Origin: a virus
Lineage: Duplodnaviria > Caudoviricetes
DNA length: 34,119 nucleotides
Virus record (IMG/VR): IMGVR_UViG_3300010048_000027
Location: 1-34,119 of that record
Strand: one strand, 5' to 3'
The number at the start of each line of letters is the position of its first letter. Positions within the stretch are counted from its first letter, which is position 1. Below the pieces are notes generated by a model that saw only the letters and a list, made by a program, of their open reading frames with translations, was not told the origin of the DNA and ran no database searches. Shown here one piece after another: positions 7,533-16,752 of the stretch. The position numbers were made by a program, and so were the translations under genes.

Positions 7533-8335
7533 GTTTCCTCCTCACTGACGCCGGCTGGCAGTGGTTCGTCGGCCGGCGCCAGTTTTTCGTACGCTGCCTT
7601 GATCTGTGCGCGGATGTCGCGCTGGATGCGGAACGGTGCGGCGCCTGCTTCCGTGCCCAGTGCGGTCTGCACGGACGCGCGGTCTGCGATCTTGCGCACG
7701 TCATCCCATGTTTGGGCTGCATCGAGTGCGTGCTGCAGGCTGGTTTTCCAGCGCTCCCACTGATCCGGCTTAGCGCCATAGACTTCGGTTGCCTGCTGAT
7801 CGCTCACGGCCTTGCGGCCTGGTGGCGGCGTTGGCTCGCCGGCGTCGAATGTCTGGATGCTGCCGAGCGTGTCGAGCTCGCTCTCGTCCATGAAGCCAAG
7901 GCCGCAGATGCTGAGCGTCACCCGGCGCTTGGCTTTCGTTATGCATTTCATCAATGCATTGGCTTTGCTCTCGGACTGCAGTCGACCGATTGTCACGGCG
8001 CCGATGTCTTCGTCACTGCGGCCATCTGGGGTGCTGGCTTTGACTGTCACGACGTATACATCGCCATCCAGCCGCTGATCGGTGACCGACAGGGACACTT
8101 TGTGGATGCGCCGCAACTGGTCGCTGCCGTCACGAGTGAAGTACGGCACGATCTCGGATCCGAGCCGTAGGAACCTGATAGGCCGCGTGAATGGATTAAG
8201 GCCGATTGTTTGACAGACGCGTGAGACGTATTCGATGCGCTGGCCGGGCGTAAGTTTGGACAGGTCGCCGGTGGCGAGCACCGCCTCGAGGGTGGCGGTG
8301 GAAACGGCAGTGGGCGCGGTGGCGACGTCGCTCAT
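7358..8335 (-). CDS. Single-strand annealing recombinase (Redbeta/RecT/Rad52-like)
   Basis: GLNPFTRPI..ANALMKCITKAKRRVTLSICGLGFMDESEL; adjacent to a Gp157-like gene. Confidence 0.75.
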   Translation of the reverse strand: MSDVATAPTAVSTATLEAVLATGDLSKLTPGQRIEYVSRVCQTIGLNPFTRPIRFLRLGSEIVPYFTRDGSDQLRRIHKVSLSVTDQRLDGDVYVVTVKASTPDGRSDEDIGAVTIGRLQSESKANALMKCITKAKRRVTLSICGLGFMDESELDTLGSIQTFDAGEPTPPPGRKAVSDQQATEVYGAKPDQWERWKTSLQHALDAAQTWDDVRKIADRASVQTALGTEAGAAPFRIQRDIRAQIKAAYEKLAPADEPLPAGVSEEETWDLLAALKEKAKRLDLIGLAELNSSAEWRSRVHQLLPTEQEELNDYLEQRRIELRNP

Positions 8336-8874
8336 CAGCGGCTCCTGACGGTGAGCACAAGCGGCGGGTTGGACCACTCGGCCGGGGTATCGGGCTCGCC
8401 TGCGGCCAAGGCGTCGCTCAGTGCTATCTTGTTGGCCTCGTAGGTCACGCGCTGGAAGCGCTCAGGCAGCTGCTCTGCTGGCAGGGTGGGGATGACGTGG
8501 GGGCGTCCGGGGCTGATGGACGCGGTGTATTCGGGGCGTTCGAGGCTCCGGATATCCGCCTCGGCGAGCAAGTCGCGGGCGATTTTGCGGCGGCGGACGG
8601 CGGCGGCGACGAAGCGGTCGGCGCGGATGGCGAGATCGGCGCGGCGGTGCTGGACGGCTTCGGCGTCGGCCTCGTAATCGAGCGCGCCGGTGATCAGGCG
8701 GTCGATCAGGGCGAACGGGTCGCCTTCGGCCTCGCCTTCCATCATGTCGGCCCAGAGTTTGGGGTCTTCTTCGGCCATGTTGGGCTCGATGGCGCGCAGT
8801 TCGGTGCCGGCGCGGGCGAGCACGCGGCGGACGGCGGCGGTGGCGGCGGGGCTGGGTGGGGCATGGCGTGCCAT
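8335..8874 (-). CDS. Siphovirus Gp157-family protein
   Basis: DMMEGE, long coiled coil, LERPEYTASI..LPERF..NKIALSDALAAGE..LTVR. Confidence 0.75.
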   Translation of the reverse strand: MARHAPPSPAATAAVRRVLARAGTELRAIEPNMAEEDPKLWADMMEGEAEGDPFALIDRLITGALDYEADAEAVQHRRADLAIRADRFVAAAVRRRKIARDLLAEADIRSLERPEYTASISPGRPHVIPTLPAEQLPERFQRVTYEANKIALSDALAAGEPDTPAEWSNPPLVLTVRSR

Positions 8875-8913
8875 GGCATTCGCTCCCTGCTGTGGTGGCA
8901 GGATAGGCACGAC

Positions 8914-8930
8914 GTTGCCTGAAAGGCAAC
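8914..8930. promoter_or_regulatory. Operator GTTGCC-N5-GGCAAC over a probable leftward early promoter
   Basis: Perfect inverted half-sites; minus-strand TTGCCT-N18-TATCCT (8929-8900). Confidence 0.7.
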
Positions 8931-9135
8931 CCCTGGAGAGGCGCTGAGATTTCTGATTGACGTCAATCGCGGCTGGGCTATGATTTGCAGCTTACGAACG
9001 GACCTAAAGGGCAACGCAAACAGCTAGCCCATGCAACCTATGGCTTCAGTTTTCGGGAGCGTCGGGCCGTGAAGAACAAGCAGGATTATCCGTCGCGATT
9101 TTCGCAGCATGTCGCTGAGGACATGGAGCGGCTGG

Positions 9136-9462
9136 CTATGGCTCGCGAGCAGGGAGAACGCGGAAAGTCAGATCTGGAGCATGCAGGCGATGGAGCGGCT
9201 CGACCAGTTCCATCGGCATCCCCGGCGTCACGATCCCCCGGATCAGATAGTCCATCGAAGCGCCGGAAGCGTCGCAGATCGTAACCAGGATATCCAGGTT
9301 TGGCAGGCGTGTGCCGCTCTCCCACTTGTTGAGCGTCATCCTAGTGATGCGCAATCGCTTGGCCCATTCGACCTGGGAGTGGCCGAGGGCTTCGCGCAGC
9401 CAGCGCAGGCGGTTGCCGATCGCGGCGAGGCGTTCGTCGGTGACGGTGTCCTTGCGGGGCAT
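9136..9462 (-). CDS. XRE-family HTH repressor (CI-like, no peptidase domain)
   Basis: IGNRLRWLREALGHSQVEWAKRLRITRMTLNKWESGTRLP..SMDYLIRG; divergent from the cro-like gene. Confidence 0.9.
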   Translation of the reverse strand: MPRKDTVTDERLAAIGNRLRWLREALGHSQVEWAKRLRITRMTLNKWESGTRLPNLDILVTICDASGASMDYLIRGIVTPGMPMELVEPLHRLHAPDLTFRVLPAREP

Positions 9463-9510
9463 GCCGTTGGTATAAGCGTCGAGCACGAGCGCCTCCAAGC
9501 GCAATCTGTG

Positions 9511-9527
9511 GTTGCCCTTTAGGCAAC
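9511..9527. promoter_or_regulatory. Operator GTTGCC-N5-GGCAAC
   Basis: GTTGCCCTTTAGGCAAC in the cI-cro gap. Confidence 0.75.
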
Positions 9528-9595
9528 TGATCGTGCCGCAATTTGTATCCAATGACAAGCGCAATGATACGCGGATTTTGTGGCCTTGCTGAGGC

Positions 9596-9625
9596 TTGAC
9601 GTGTTGCCTGTGGGGCAACTAACCT
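9596..9625 (+). promoter_or_regulatory. Rightward promoter with an operator between -35 and -10
   Basis: TTGACG (9596-9601), 18 nt containing the operator at 9603-9619, then TAACCT (9620-9625); ATG 6 nt later suggests a leaderless mRNA. Confidence 0.7.
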
Positions 9626-9631
9626 GTGGTC

Positions 9632-9853
9632 ATGGACCATGCCGATATCATTGACCGGCTGAGCGAGGCGATGGGTGGCCAGCGCCCGCTGGGTGCGTGG
9701 TTCGGCGTCGACAAAACCACTGTCAGCCACTGGAAGACCGGCGATGGCATCCCGGCGCGCTATTGGCCGGAGCTGCTGCGGCTGGCGCGCTCCAAGCGAA
9801 TCCGGCTGTCGCTGGAGGACATCGAGCTCCATTCGCCGCTGCGCGCGGCTTAG
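9632..9853 (+). CDS. Cro-like HTH protein
   Basis: MGGQRPLGAWFGVDKTTVSHWKTGDGIPARYWPELL. Confidence 0.85.
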   Translation: MDHADIIDRLSEAMGGQRPLGAWFGVDKTTVSHWKTGDGIPARYWPELLRLARSKRIRLSLEDIELHSPLRAA

Positions 9854-9862
9854 GGGCGTACG

Positions 9863-10279
9863 GTGGGGGGGGCTGCGGCATCATCACGCCCGTATCTTCT
9901 GCCGGTTCCTGCCGCACGCGCCCACCCGGAGGACGACCTGCAAGCGGCAGTCATGGACTACCTGCAGCGTGCCCTGCCGCCCTATTGCATCGCGCACCAT
10001 TCTCCCGGCGAGGGCCAGCGCAGCAAGCGCGCGCAGCGGCAACTCAAGCGTAGCGGTTACCAGAAGGGTTGGCCCGATATCGAGATCATCTGGTTTGGGC
10101 ATCCCAATGTTTTCATCGAACTGAAGGCACCTGGCCGGGGTCCGGACGCGGACCAGCGCGCGATGCACAAGCGGCTGGCCTATTGCGGCTGCACGGTGCT
10201 GCTGTGCCGGACGCCCGAGGCGGTGGAGACAGAGCTGCGGGCGTTGGGCCTGCCGCTCCGAGCGAGGATCGCAGCATGA
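9863..10279 (+). CDS. VRR-NUC domain nuclease
   Basis: EDDLQ..GYQKGWPDI..FIELKAPG..Q..MH. Confidence 0.85.
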   Translation: MGGAAASSRPYLLPVPAARAHPEDDLQAAVMDYLQRALPPYCIAHHSPGEGQRSKRAQRQLKRSGYQKGWPDIEIIWFGHPNVFIELKAPGRGPDADQRAMHKRLAYCGCTVLLCRTPEAVETELRALGLPLRARIAA

Positions 10280-10866
10280 GAGCGCCGCATCTGCGCCCAG
10301 TTGCCATTACCGACATTCCGCGCGCTGATGCTCAGATCCGACGCACCATTGAAACCCTGCGCACCGCTCAGTTCGAGCAAGACCCGCTATGGAGCGCATC
10401 GGTGTCGTTCGCGAAATCGCTGCGCAGTTCAGCGGAAAAGCGTGAAGGCGTAATTTTGGAATGTGCCATCAAGGATGCTATTGAGCAGGCATCGCATTTG
10501 CGGTTGCTCGACGTCGATCATCAGCTAAAGCGCGTGCCGGATGTTCAGTTCGAAATACGCGACACTGGTTGGCTCGTTGCTTTAGAAATCAAGCGCGGTT
10601 CGCTGCATGATTCAGGCGCGAAGCGCCAGTTCCTCGCTGATCTGCGCGATATTCCGCCACTGCTACGTACTGCGCTCCCGCTGTTCCCGGCTGAATGCGT
10701 GCATTTTCATATCGTCTTCATTTCTGGCAAGCCGCCCCTAAAACAAGGCATTACGCTTGACGGTTTGACCGATCTCTACCGCCTCAATGCCAGATCGCAC
10801 ATTCTGACTGCCCGCCAACGTTATTCCGCCGCTGTGGACGCAGTCCTGAGAGAAAGGGGGTTATGA
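10276..10866 (+). CDS. Putative PD-(D/E)XK nuclease
   Basis: EGVILE..VPDVQFE..VALEIKRG motif spacing; ATGA overlap with VRR-NUC. Confidence 0.55.
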   Translation: MRAPHLRPVAITDIPRADAQIRRTIETLRTAQFEQDPLWSASVSFAKSLRSSAEKREGVILECAIKDAIEQASHLRLLDVDHQLKRVPDVQFEIRDTGWLVALEIKRGSLHDSGAKRQFLADLRDIPPLLRTALPLFPAECVHFHIVFISGKPPLKQGITLDGLTDLYRLNARSHILTARQRYSAAVDAVLRERGL

Positions 10867-10867
10867 A

Positions 10868-11875
10868 ATGAGCACTGCAATAGAGATTGTCCACGCTATG
10901 CCACCGATGCTGCGTTACGACGCTATGTGCCTCGCGATTGAGGCGGCCTACTCAATTGATGAAATCAAAGAAATCCATGACCAAGCGCTCGCCATGGAAG
11001 CCTATTTCAGGCAAGCCAAGAACCGGGAGAACGAACGCAAGGCGGAACGTATTCGGGTGAGAGCCGAGCGTCGATCAGGCGAGTTGCTTGCCGCGCGAGA
11101 GATGGCCAAACCCGGCGGCGACATGCGGCCAGAGCATCGGTCCTCGCGCAAGACCGATGCTCCAGAAACCCTCAAAGAGCTTGGTATCAACAAGAATCAG
11201 TCTACTCATTGGCAACAAGTTGCTGCCGTGCCTTCTGCTGTTTTCGAACGGGCTGTCGAGAGCGCCAAGCCGACCGTGGCGGTTAATGCCATCGTAAAAC
11301 GCAAGCGCCGCGCCGTCAGAGAACTCGGCTTAGCCGAACGTACGCGCCGTGCGGCTGCGCAACTTGGCAGCAAACTCTATGGCGTTATCTATGCCGATCC
11401 CCCCTGGCGCTTTAAGCCCTACGCAGAGGAAACCGGCTCAGATCGCGCCGCCGATAATCATTATCCCACTCTGACTATTGATGACATAGCCGATATCGAG
11501 CCGCCGGCCGCGCCGGATTGTGTGCTGTTTCTGTGGGTTACCATCCCAATGCTCGAGCTTGGCATCAAGCTCCTGCAGCGCTGGGGCTTCGCATACAAGT
11601 CGGCCTGCGTCTGGGCCAAACCACAGATCGGCACCGGTTATTGGTTCCGTAATCAGGTCGAGCTGCTGCTCGTCGGCACCCGTGGCAATGTCCCCGCCCC
11701 AGCGTCAGGCGACCAACCACCCCAGATCCAGACGCTGGACCGGGCAAGGCATAGCGCAAAGCCAGATGCCTTCGCCGTCATGATCGAGGCGCTTTATCCC
11801 AACGTGCCCAAACTGGAGATGTTCGCCCGCACCGAACGAATCGGCTGGGATGTGTGGGGAAACGAGGCTTCATGA
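10868..11875 (+). CDS. MT-A70-family adenine methyltransferase with N-terminal helical extension
   Basis: VIYADPPW, HYPTL, LFLW, WGF.YK, HSAKP, KLEMFAR..GWDVWGNE. Confidence 0.92.
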   Translation: MSTAIEIVHAMPPMLRYDAMCLAIEAAYSIDEIKEIHDQALAMEAYFRQAKNRENERKAERIRVRAERRSGELLAAREMAKPGGDMRPEHRSSRKTDAPETLKELGINKNQSTHWQQVAAVPSAVFERAVESAKPTVAVNAIVKRKRRAVRELGLAERTRRAAAQLGSKLYGVIYADPPWRFKPYAEETGSDRAADNHYPTLTIDDIADIEPPAAPDCVLFLWVTIPMLELGIKLLQRWGFAYKSACVWAKPQIGTGYWFRNQVELLLVGTRGNVPAPASGDQPPQIQTLDRARHSAKPDAFAVMIEALYPNVPKLEMFARTERIGWDVWGNEAS

Positions 11876-11893
11876 CGCTTCGGGGGAAACGCC

Positions 11894-12580
11894 GTGTCAC
11901 GACTGCGCTGGGGAAAATTCTACTGGTCCGATTGGGAAGGCGACACGGCACTGGCGCTCTGCTCGCACGCTGCACAGGGGCTCTGGATGCGGCTGTTGTG
12001 CATCGCGGCACAGGGCACGCCGTATGGCCATGTCACGGTGGGCGGGAAGCCGCCATCCGATGGCCAGATCAAGATCCTGATCCGCCAACCCAATATCCGG
12101 CTGCGCGATTTGCGCCGGCTGATCGACGAACTGGAGCGCAACGGGGTGGCCAGACGCACTGAAGCCGGGGTGATCTACAGCCTCCGGATGGTGCGCGACT
12201 TCGCCCGCGCGGAGCATGCCTCAAAGGCCGCGCGGGCTAGACACGATAACAAGCGCCCCCCGGAAAGCACTAACGAAAATCGCCACGCCACGACCACGCC
12301 AGAACCACGCCAGAACCACGCCAGAACCACAGAAAACGCAAAAAACGGCGGATTTGGCCGCGCAAATGTGGCGGGAGCAACCGTAGAAGCAGAAGCAGAA
12401 GCATCTTATCTCTCTCAAGAGAGAGATAAGATGCTTCTGCCACAAGAAACGGGTGAGCAGCGCGGCGTGCGCCTCAATGGCGCACGCGCCGCTCACCCGC
12501 TTCTCACAGAAGCCAAGGGATCGGACGAATACCTCCACAACCTCCTCCAGACCATCCAAGCCAACGGCAGACCATCATGA
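11894..12580 (+). CDS. Phage replication initiator/replisome organizer
   Basis: WGKFYWSDW..AAQGLWMRLLCIA N-terminal domain; internal direct repeats; EAEAEA linker. Confidence 0.75.
   Translation: MSRLRWGKFYWSDWEGDTALALCSHAAQGLWMRLLCIAAQGTPYGHVTVGGKPPSDGQIKILIRQPNIRLRDLRRLIDELERNGVARRTEAGVIYSLRMVRDFARAEHASKAARARHDNKRPPESTNENRHATTTPEPRQNHARTTENAKNGGFGRANVAGATVEAEAEASYLSQERDKMLLPQETGEQRGVRLNGARAAHPLLTEAKGSDEYLHNLLQTIQANGRPS
12281..12340. repeat. Iteron-like 11-bp direct repeats (CCACGCCAGAA), putative origin
   Basis: Three tandem copies at 12294-12326 plus degenerate flanks and an A-rich tract, inside the initiator gene as in lambdoid origins. Confidence 0.55.
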
Positions 12581-13017
12581 CCGACTGGCTCGCCTCAAAC
12601 CCTTCTCTCGCCTCCCTCGAACCAGAAGACCGCGCCTGGGCCACCAACTGGCTCCGTCACGCCTCAGGCGACTGGGGCCACAACCAACGCATAGGCAACC
12701 TCGCCAATGACCTCCACCGCGTCCGACGCTGGAGACCGCGCGCCCTCCTCTGGCTCCTCCTCAACAGCACCAAAGCCGCTCAGATCGCCGCCAACGCCGC
12801 TTGGCCAGACACCACTCCCTCCAAACAACAACCAACCCAGGACGAAATCGCAGCCGTCCAGGCTTCCCTCGCCGCTCTCAAGCCCGCAGATCCCACCCAA
12901 TCCACTCGCGAGCAACTCGACGCCCTCTCCGGTTCCAACCTCCGCCCATACCACCTCTCCCCTCAGCAACTCGACGCCGCAAACCCTCTTCCCAACGGCC
13001 GGAAACGCCCCCCATGA
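12577..13017 (+). CDS. Hypothetical protein
   Basis: 146 aa; ATGA-coupled at both ends. Confidence 0.6.
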   Translation: MTDWLASNPSLASLEPEDRAWATNWLRHASGDWGHNQRIGNLANDLHRVRRWRPRALLWLLLNSTKAAQIAANAAWPDTTPSKQQPTQDEIAAVQASLAALKPADPTQSTREQLDALSGSNLRPYHLSPQQLDAANPLPNGRKRPP

Positions 13018-13505
13018 AACCAACCACTCAACTCCTCCAGCACATCAACGCCATCGATCCCCCCGCCATCAATGCACATAACCGACGACCCTACTGGCGC
13101 ATCTCCTCCCGCCTCGCCGCTCTCCGCGACACCAGCGCCATCTCCGCAGACGAATACCTCGCCGCATGCGAATACCGCGCCGCTTGGGAACACGTCCTCG
13201 CATCCATCGTCCGAACTTCCCAACTCGACCGCACCACCACCCGAACCATCGCCGGCTATGGAAACACCGACGCCCTCCTCCGCATCACCTCCACCGTCTC
13301 CCGCATCCGATGCACCGAAACCACCCTCGGATCCCTCGCCAGCTCCCTCCTCTTCTGGCACGCCGTCGATGACCTCCCATGGACCGACATCGCCGCCAAA
13401 CTCCACCGACAACCTCGCACCGTCCGAAACTGGACCATCACCGCTCTCCACGCCCTCCCAGACGCCTGGGAGGCCGCTACACGCCACAAACCACCACCCC
13501 AGTGA
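13014..13505 (+). CDS. Late-gene regulator-like protein with C-terminal HTH
   Basis: ISADEYLAACEY..AVDDLPWTDIAAKLHRQPRTVRNWTITALHAL; located before the packaging genes. Confidence 0.65.
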   Translation: MKPTTQLLQHINAIDPPAINAHNRRPYWRISSRLAALRDTSAISADEYLAACEYRAAWEHVLASIVRTSQLDRTTTRTIAGYGNTDALLRITSTVSRIRCTETTLGSLASSLLFWHAVDDLPWTDIAAKLHRQPRTVRNWTITALHALPDAWEAATRHKPPPQ

Positions 13506-13759
13506 TCAACATCACCACTTGGCCAATACCCCACACTAGGCTCGATGGAGCCTCCTGTGAGTGGCATGGCCAGCAATGGCGCCTCAGAGCTCCCTCAGCC
13601 GTTGCGGCACTTGCCCGCACCCTCACCCTAGCCGGATGCCCTGACGGCCCCTGGCAAGCCCTGGGGACGGCTGGAAACAGGTTGTTCTGCGGCAATAGCC
13701 TCCACGGCCTCGCCCAACTCCACATCCGCGAAACCAAAGCCGGTATCCGGTGGCGATGA
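13502..13759 (+). CDS. Hypothetical protein
   Basis: GTGA overlap; ALARTLTLAGCPDGPW..SLHGLA. Confidence 0.55.
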   Translation: MINITTWPIPHTRLDGASCEWHGQQWRLRAPSAVAALARTLTLAGCPDGPWQALGTAGNRLFCGNSLHGLAQLHIRETKAGIRWR

Positions 13760-13907
13760 TTCACAGAATCGTGAGCCACTTGACAAACGCACGTTAATCG
13801 CTAGCAAATCACTATAATCAGCGAAAACAGGGCCTTAACAGAACAGCCTGCGACTGAGAACAGACGCAAACAGGCACACAAACAGAAAGGTTGAGGAGCG
13901 CGGCCCC

Positions 13908-14276
13908 GTGCCTCAGTTCGTCAAAGGCCAGTCAGGAAATCCAGGCGGAAGGCCGAAGAAGGTGCAATTCGCGCCCGGTGCCGTGCTCAGCAAACGTGAA
14001 ATCACCGCTCTGGCCCGCTCTCACGCGCCCGCCGCGATCGAAACTCTGGTGCGATGCCTCAACGATCCGCGCCATCGTGTCACCGCCGCAGCGACGCTCC
14101 TCGATCGTGGCTACGGCAAGCCAGTTGTGGAGGTTGGTGGCGCTGAGGATCGCCCAATCGCGATCCAGTTCACCTGGGCACCAGCGCAACAATCCGAAGC
14201 CAAGACGATTGATAGCGCTTCGTTGGAGAGCAAGGCGCTCGAGCTCGTGTGGGACGTAGCAAATGAGGGGGAGTAA
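13908..14276 (+). CDS. Terminase small subunit-like protein
   Basis: FVKGQSGNPGGRPK N-terminus and AAATLLDRGYGKP; RBS GAGGAG; upstream of TerL. Confidence 0.75.
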   Translation: MPQFVKGQSGNPGGRPKKVQFAPGAVLSKREITALARSHAPAAIETLVRCLNDPRHRVTAAATLLDRGYGKPVVEVGGAEDRPIAIQFTWAPAQQSEAKTIDSASLESKALELVWDVANEGE

Positions 14277-14361
14277 TGCTGGGTAGCGCGATTGGCTATA
14301 GCCAACGCATTGATATCATTAGCATTACAACGCCATGCAGCGTTCTTTGGGGGAATGCACC

Positions 14362-14553
14362 ATGAGCACGGCCAGCAACTTACGCCATGCGATGCACGAT
14401 CTCGCAGCTGCTTATGATGATGCATGTTCGGAATATGGTGAAACTAGTAATCGCGCGCTGCTCATTGCTGATGCGGTTGAGTTCATGCGGCGCTGGATGC
14501 TGCGGTATGGCACGCTGGCCCCGCGCCGGACGCTCGAGGCAGTGAGGGACTGA
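14362..14553 (+). CDS. Hypothetical protein
   Basis: 63-aa ORF between terS and terL. Confidence 0.45.
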   Translation: MSTASNLRHAMHDLAAAYDDACSEYGETSNRALLIADAVEFMRRWMLRYGTLAPRRTLEAVRD

Positions 14554-14705
14554 AAAGCCCGAGCGCGCCTGAGCCAAAGGGCCCCGGGGCATGGGCATTT
14601 CCCCTCGCGCCTCGCGATGCCTTGACACCCCTTCCTCGCAACTTTTTTGGGGTTTAGGGACTTGGAACGCACACGGAATGGCGTGTGGGATGATTGGTTA
14701 GGGAG

Positions 14706-16025
14706 ATGACGGTACAGCAGGTTGTGCTACCGTTTTGTCCGCGCGAATGGCAGCGTGGTTTGATTGATGATCCGGCGAAGCGGATAGTTGCGGTGGTACA
14801 TCGGCGTGCTGGGAAGAGCACGGCGTTATTATGGCGTGGTTTGATGAAGGCGATTACGACGAAGAAGCCGTTGCCGCGAGTTATACATATATTGCCGTAT
14901 GCTGTGCAGTGGTCGAGGACGGGGTTATGGGATCAGGCGGTACGGGCGGCTGAGAGCGTACCTGGTGCGGAGATTAGGAAGGCTGCGATGTTGATACGTC
15001 TTCCCAATGGGGGGACGTGGCAAGCTGGTGGAGCTGACAATCAGGACAGTTGGCGTGGTGGGTATGCAGACGAGTGCATATTGGATGAGTATGATGACAC
15101 GCCGTCGAGTATGGTACCGTTGGTTATTGAGCCGATGTTAGCGGACCGGGATGGGGTGTTGGTGCGCTCTGGCACTCCTAAAGGCAAAGGTGTATTGCAG
15201 GCGGCGTATAATCGTGCGCGGGACAATGCGGATTATAGCAGCTATTTGCTTGACTACACGAAGACCAAAGCCCTGAGTGAGGAGGCGATACGGCGGTTAC
15301 GGAACGAGATGAGTGAAGAAGAGTTTCGGCAGGAGCTTTGTTGCAGCTTTGAGGCGCCGAACTCGGGCTCCTATTATGGTCGTTTGATGCAGGATGCGGA
15401 GGATGAAGGTCGGATTACGCTGGTGCCGCATGAGCCGACGCTGAGGGTGTGGACGAGTTGGGATTTGGGGATAGATGATGCGACGAGCATATGGTTTTTA
15501 CAGACATTGCGTAGCGGTGAATGGCGGTTCATCGACTACCTCGAGGGAAGTGGTGAAGGACTGGATTATTACGTGCGTTTACTGCACCAGCGGGGGTATG
15601 CATATGAGAAGCATATACTACCCCATGATGCGCAAGTTAGAGAGCTTGGATCTGGACGGACCCGGACCGAGACTCTACACAGCTTGGGAGTGAAGCCGAC
15701 GAAGGTGATACGGCAGCACAATGTGGCGGACGGGATTAATGCGGTTAGGTTAGTTTTGCCGCGTTGTTGGTTTGATGCGTCGCGGTGTGTGGAGGGGATC
15801 CTGGCGCTTAGGCATTATCGGCGCGAATGGAACGAGAAGGCTGAGACGTGGCGCTCGCATCCGGTGCATGATCATGCGAGTCATGGAGCGGACTCGATGC
15901 GGTATATGGCGTTGGGAGTGAGGGAGGACCAGGGTCGGCAGTTGGCGGTTCCGATGTTTGGCAGTCAGTATGAGAATGTGGTTGTTGGTCCTGGTGTGAT
16001 GGGATCGCACTGGATGGCGGCGTGA
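14706..16025 (+). CDS. terL: Terminase large subunit
   Basis: Walker A HRRAGKST, Walker B ILDEY, SGTPKG coupling motif, nuclease WDLGIDD..SHGADSMRY. Confidence 0.95.
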   Translation: MTVQQVVLPFCPREWQRGLIDDPAKRIVAVVHRRAGKSTALLWRGLMKAITTKKPLPRVIHILPYAVQWSRTGLWDQAVRAAESVPGAEIRKAAMLIRLPNGGTWQAGGADNQDSWRGGYADECILDEYDDTPSSMVPLVIEPMLADRDGVLVRSGTPKGKGVLQAAYNRARDNADYSSYLLDYTKTKALSEEAIRRLRNEMSEEEFRQELCCSFEAPNSGSYYGRLMQDAEDEGRITLVPHEPTLRVWTSWDLGIDDATSIWFLQTLRSGEWRFIDYLEGSGEGLDYYVRLLHQRGYAYEKHILPHDAQVRELGSGRTRTETLHSLGVKPTKVIRQHNVADGINAVRLVLPRCWFDASRCVEGILALRHYRREWNEKAETWRSHPVHDHASHGADSMRYMALGVREDQGRQLAVPMFGSQYENVVVGPGVMGSHWMAA

Positions 16026-16026
16026 G

Positions 16027-16320
16027 ATGGCGTTATATGCGGCGAACAGTGCGACGCAGCAGTTGACGGTGGGTCAGACGGCGGTGAATGCGTCGATTAA
16101 TCCGAATGATCCGGTGTTGTATATATTGAATGCGGGAAATTCGGTGATCAATGTAGCGATAGGGAAGGGTCCGCAGACGGCGACGAGTGCGGCGCTGGCG
16201 GTTCCGTTTAATGTACCGATGTATATCCCGACGTTTAGTGGGGCGGACACGATCAGTGCGATCAATTTAGGGACGGGGAATGAGACGGTGTATATCAGTA
16301 CGGGGACGTATGTGGGGTAG
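16027..16320 (+). CDS. Small beta-rich protein, paralog of 25635-25913
   Basis: Shared LTVG..IG.GPQTAT..SGADT..AI..G..T.Y..TG. Confidence 0.7.
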   Translation: MALYAANSATQQLTVGQTAVNASINPNDPVLYILNAGNSVINVAIGKGPQTATSAALAVPFNVPMYIPTFSGADTISAINLGTGNETVYISTGTYVG

Positions 16321-16327
16321 GGGTGGC

Positions 16328-16510
16328 ATGATAGAGCTTCTGGTAACGTTGCTGGTGGTTCTGATCATCTTTGGGGTGTTTTACTACATCATCACGTTGT
16401 TACCGCTGCCGGCGCCGTTTCCGGTGATTGCGCAGTTGGTATTGCTGGTGATTTTGCTGTTGGTGTTGTTGCGGTATTTGCTGCCGTTGGCGCATGTAAG
16501 TTTGCCGTAG
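16328..16510 (+). CDS. Small two-TM membrane protein
   Basis: MIELLVTLLVVLIIFGVFYYIITLLPLPAPFPVIAQLVLLVILLLVLL. Confidence 0.7.
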   Translation: MIELLVTLLVVLIIFGVFYYIITLLPLPAPFPVIAQLVLLVILLLVLLRYLLPLAHVSLP

Positions 16511-16752
16511 TGGCGAAGCACATATGGAGTGAGGCCGAGGAGGGGGAGATACGGCGCCACTTCGCTGCGGGATTGTCGCATCGGGAGATTGCGCTAGCGA
16601 TGGGTCACAGCAAGTTTAGTGTGACGAGCAAGTTGGAGCGGCTGGGTTTACGGCGTGTGGATCCGGTGAGCACGAACCCGCCGAGGCGCGAGGAGCGGCA
16701 GCGAGCTGGGAAGGTGACGTTGCCGCCGCTGGCGAGTCTGAGTGATGAGTGA
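16510..16752 (+). CDS. GcrA-like N-terminal HTH protein
   Basis: WSEAE..IRRHFAAGLSHREIALAMGHSKFSVTSKLERLGL resembles the GcrA DNA-binding domain. Confidence 0.7.
   Translation: MAKHIWSEAEEGEIRRHFAAGLSHREIALAMGHSKFSVTSKLERLGLRRVDPVSTNPPRREERQRAGKVTLPPLASLSDE

Noticed and set aside
8985-9284. 99-aa plus-strand ORF overlapping the repressor 3' end
   Set aside because: Weak start, spans operator DNA, overlaps cI antisense, no recognisable motif
13780-13818. Consensus sigma70 late promoter TTGACA..TATAAT
   Set aside because: The spacing is 27 nt; a promoter is plausible here but these two hexamers do not form a pair
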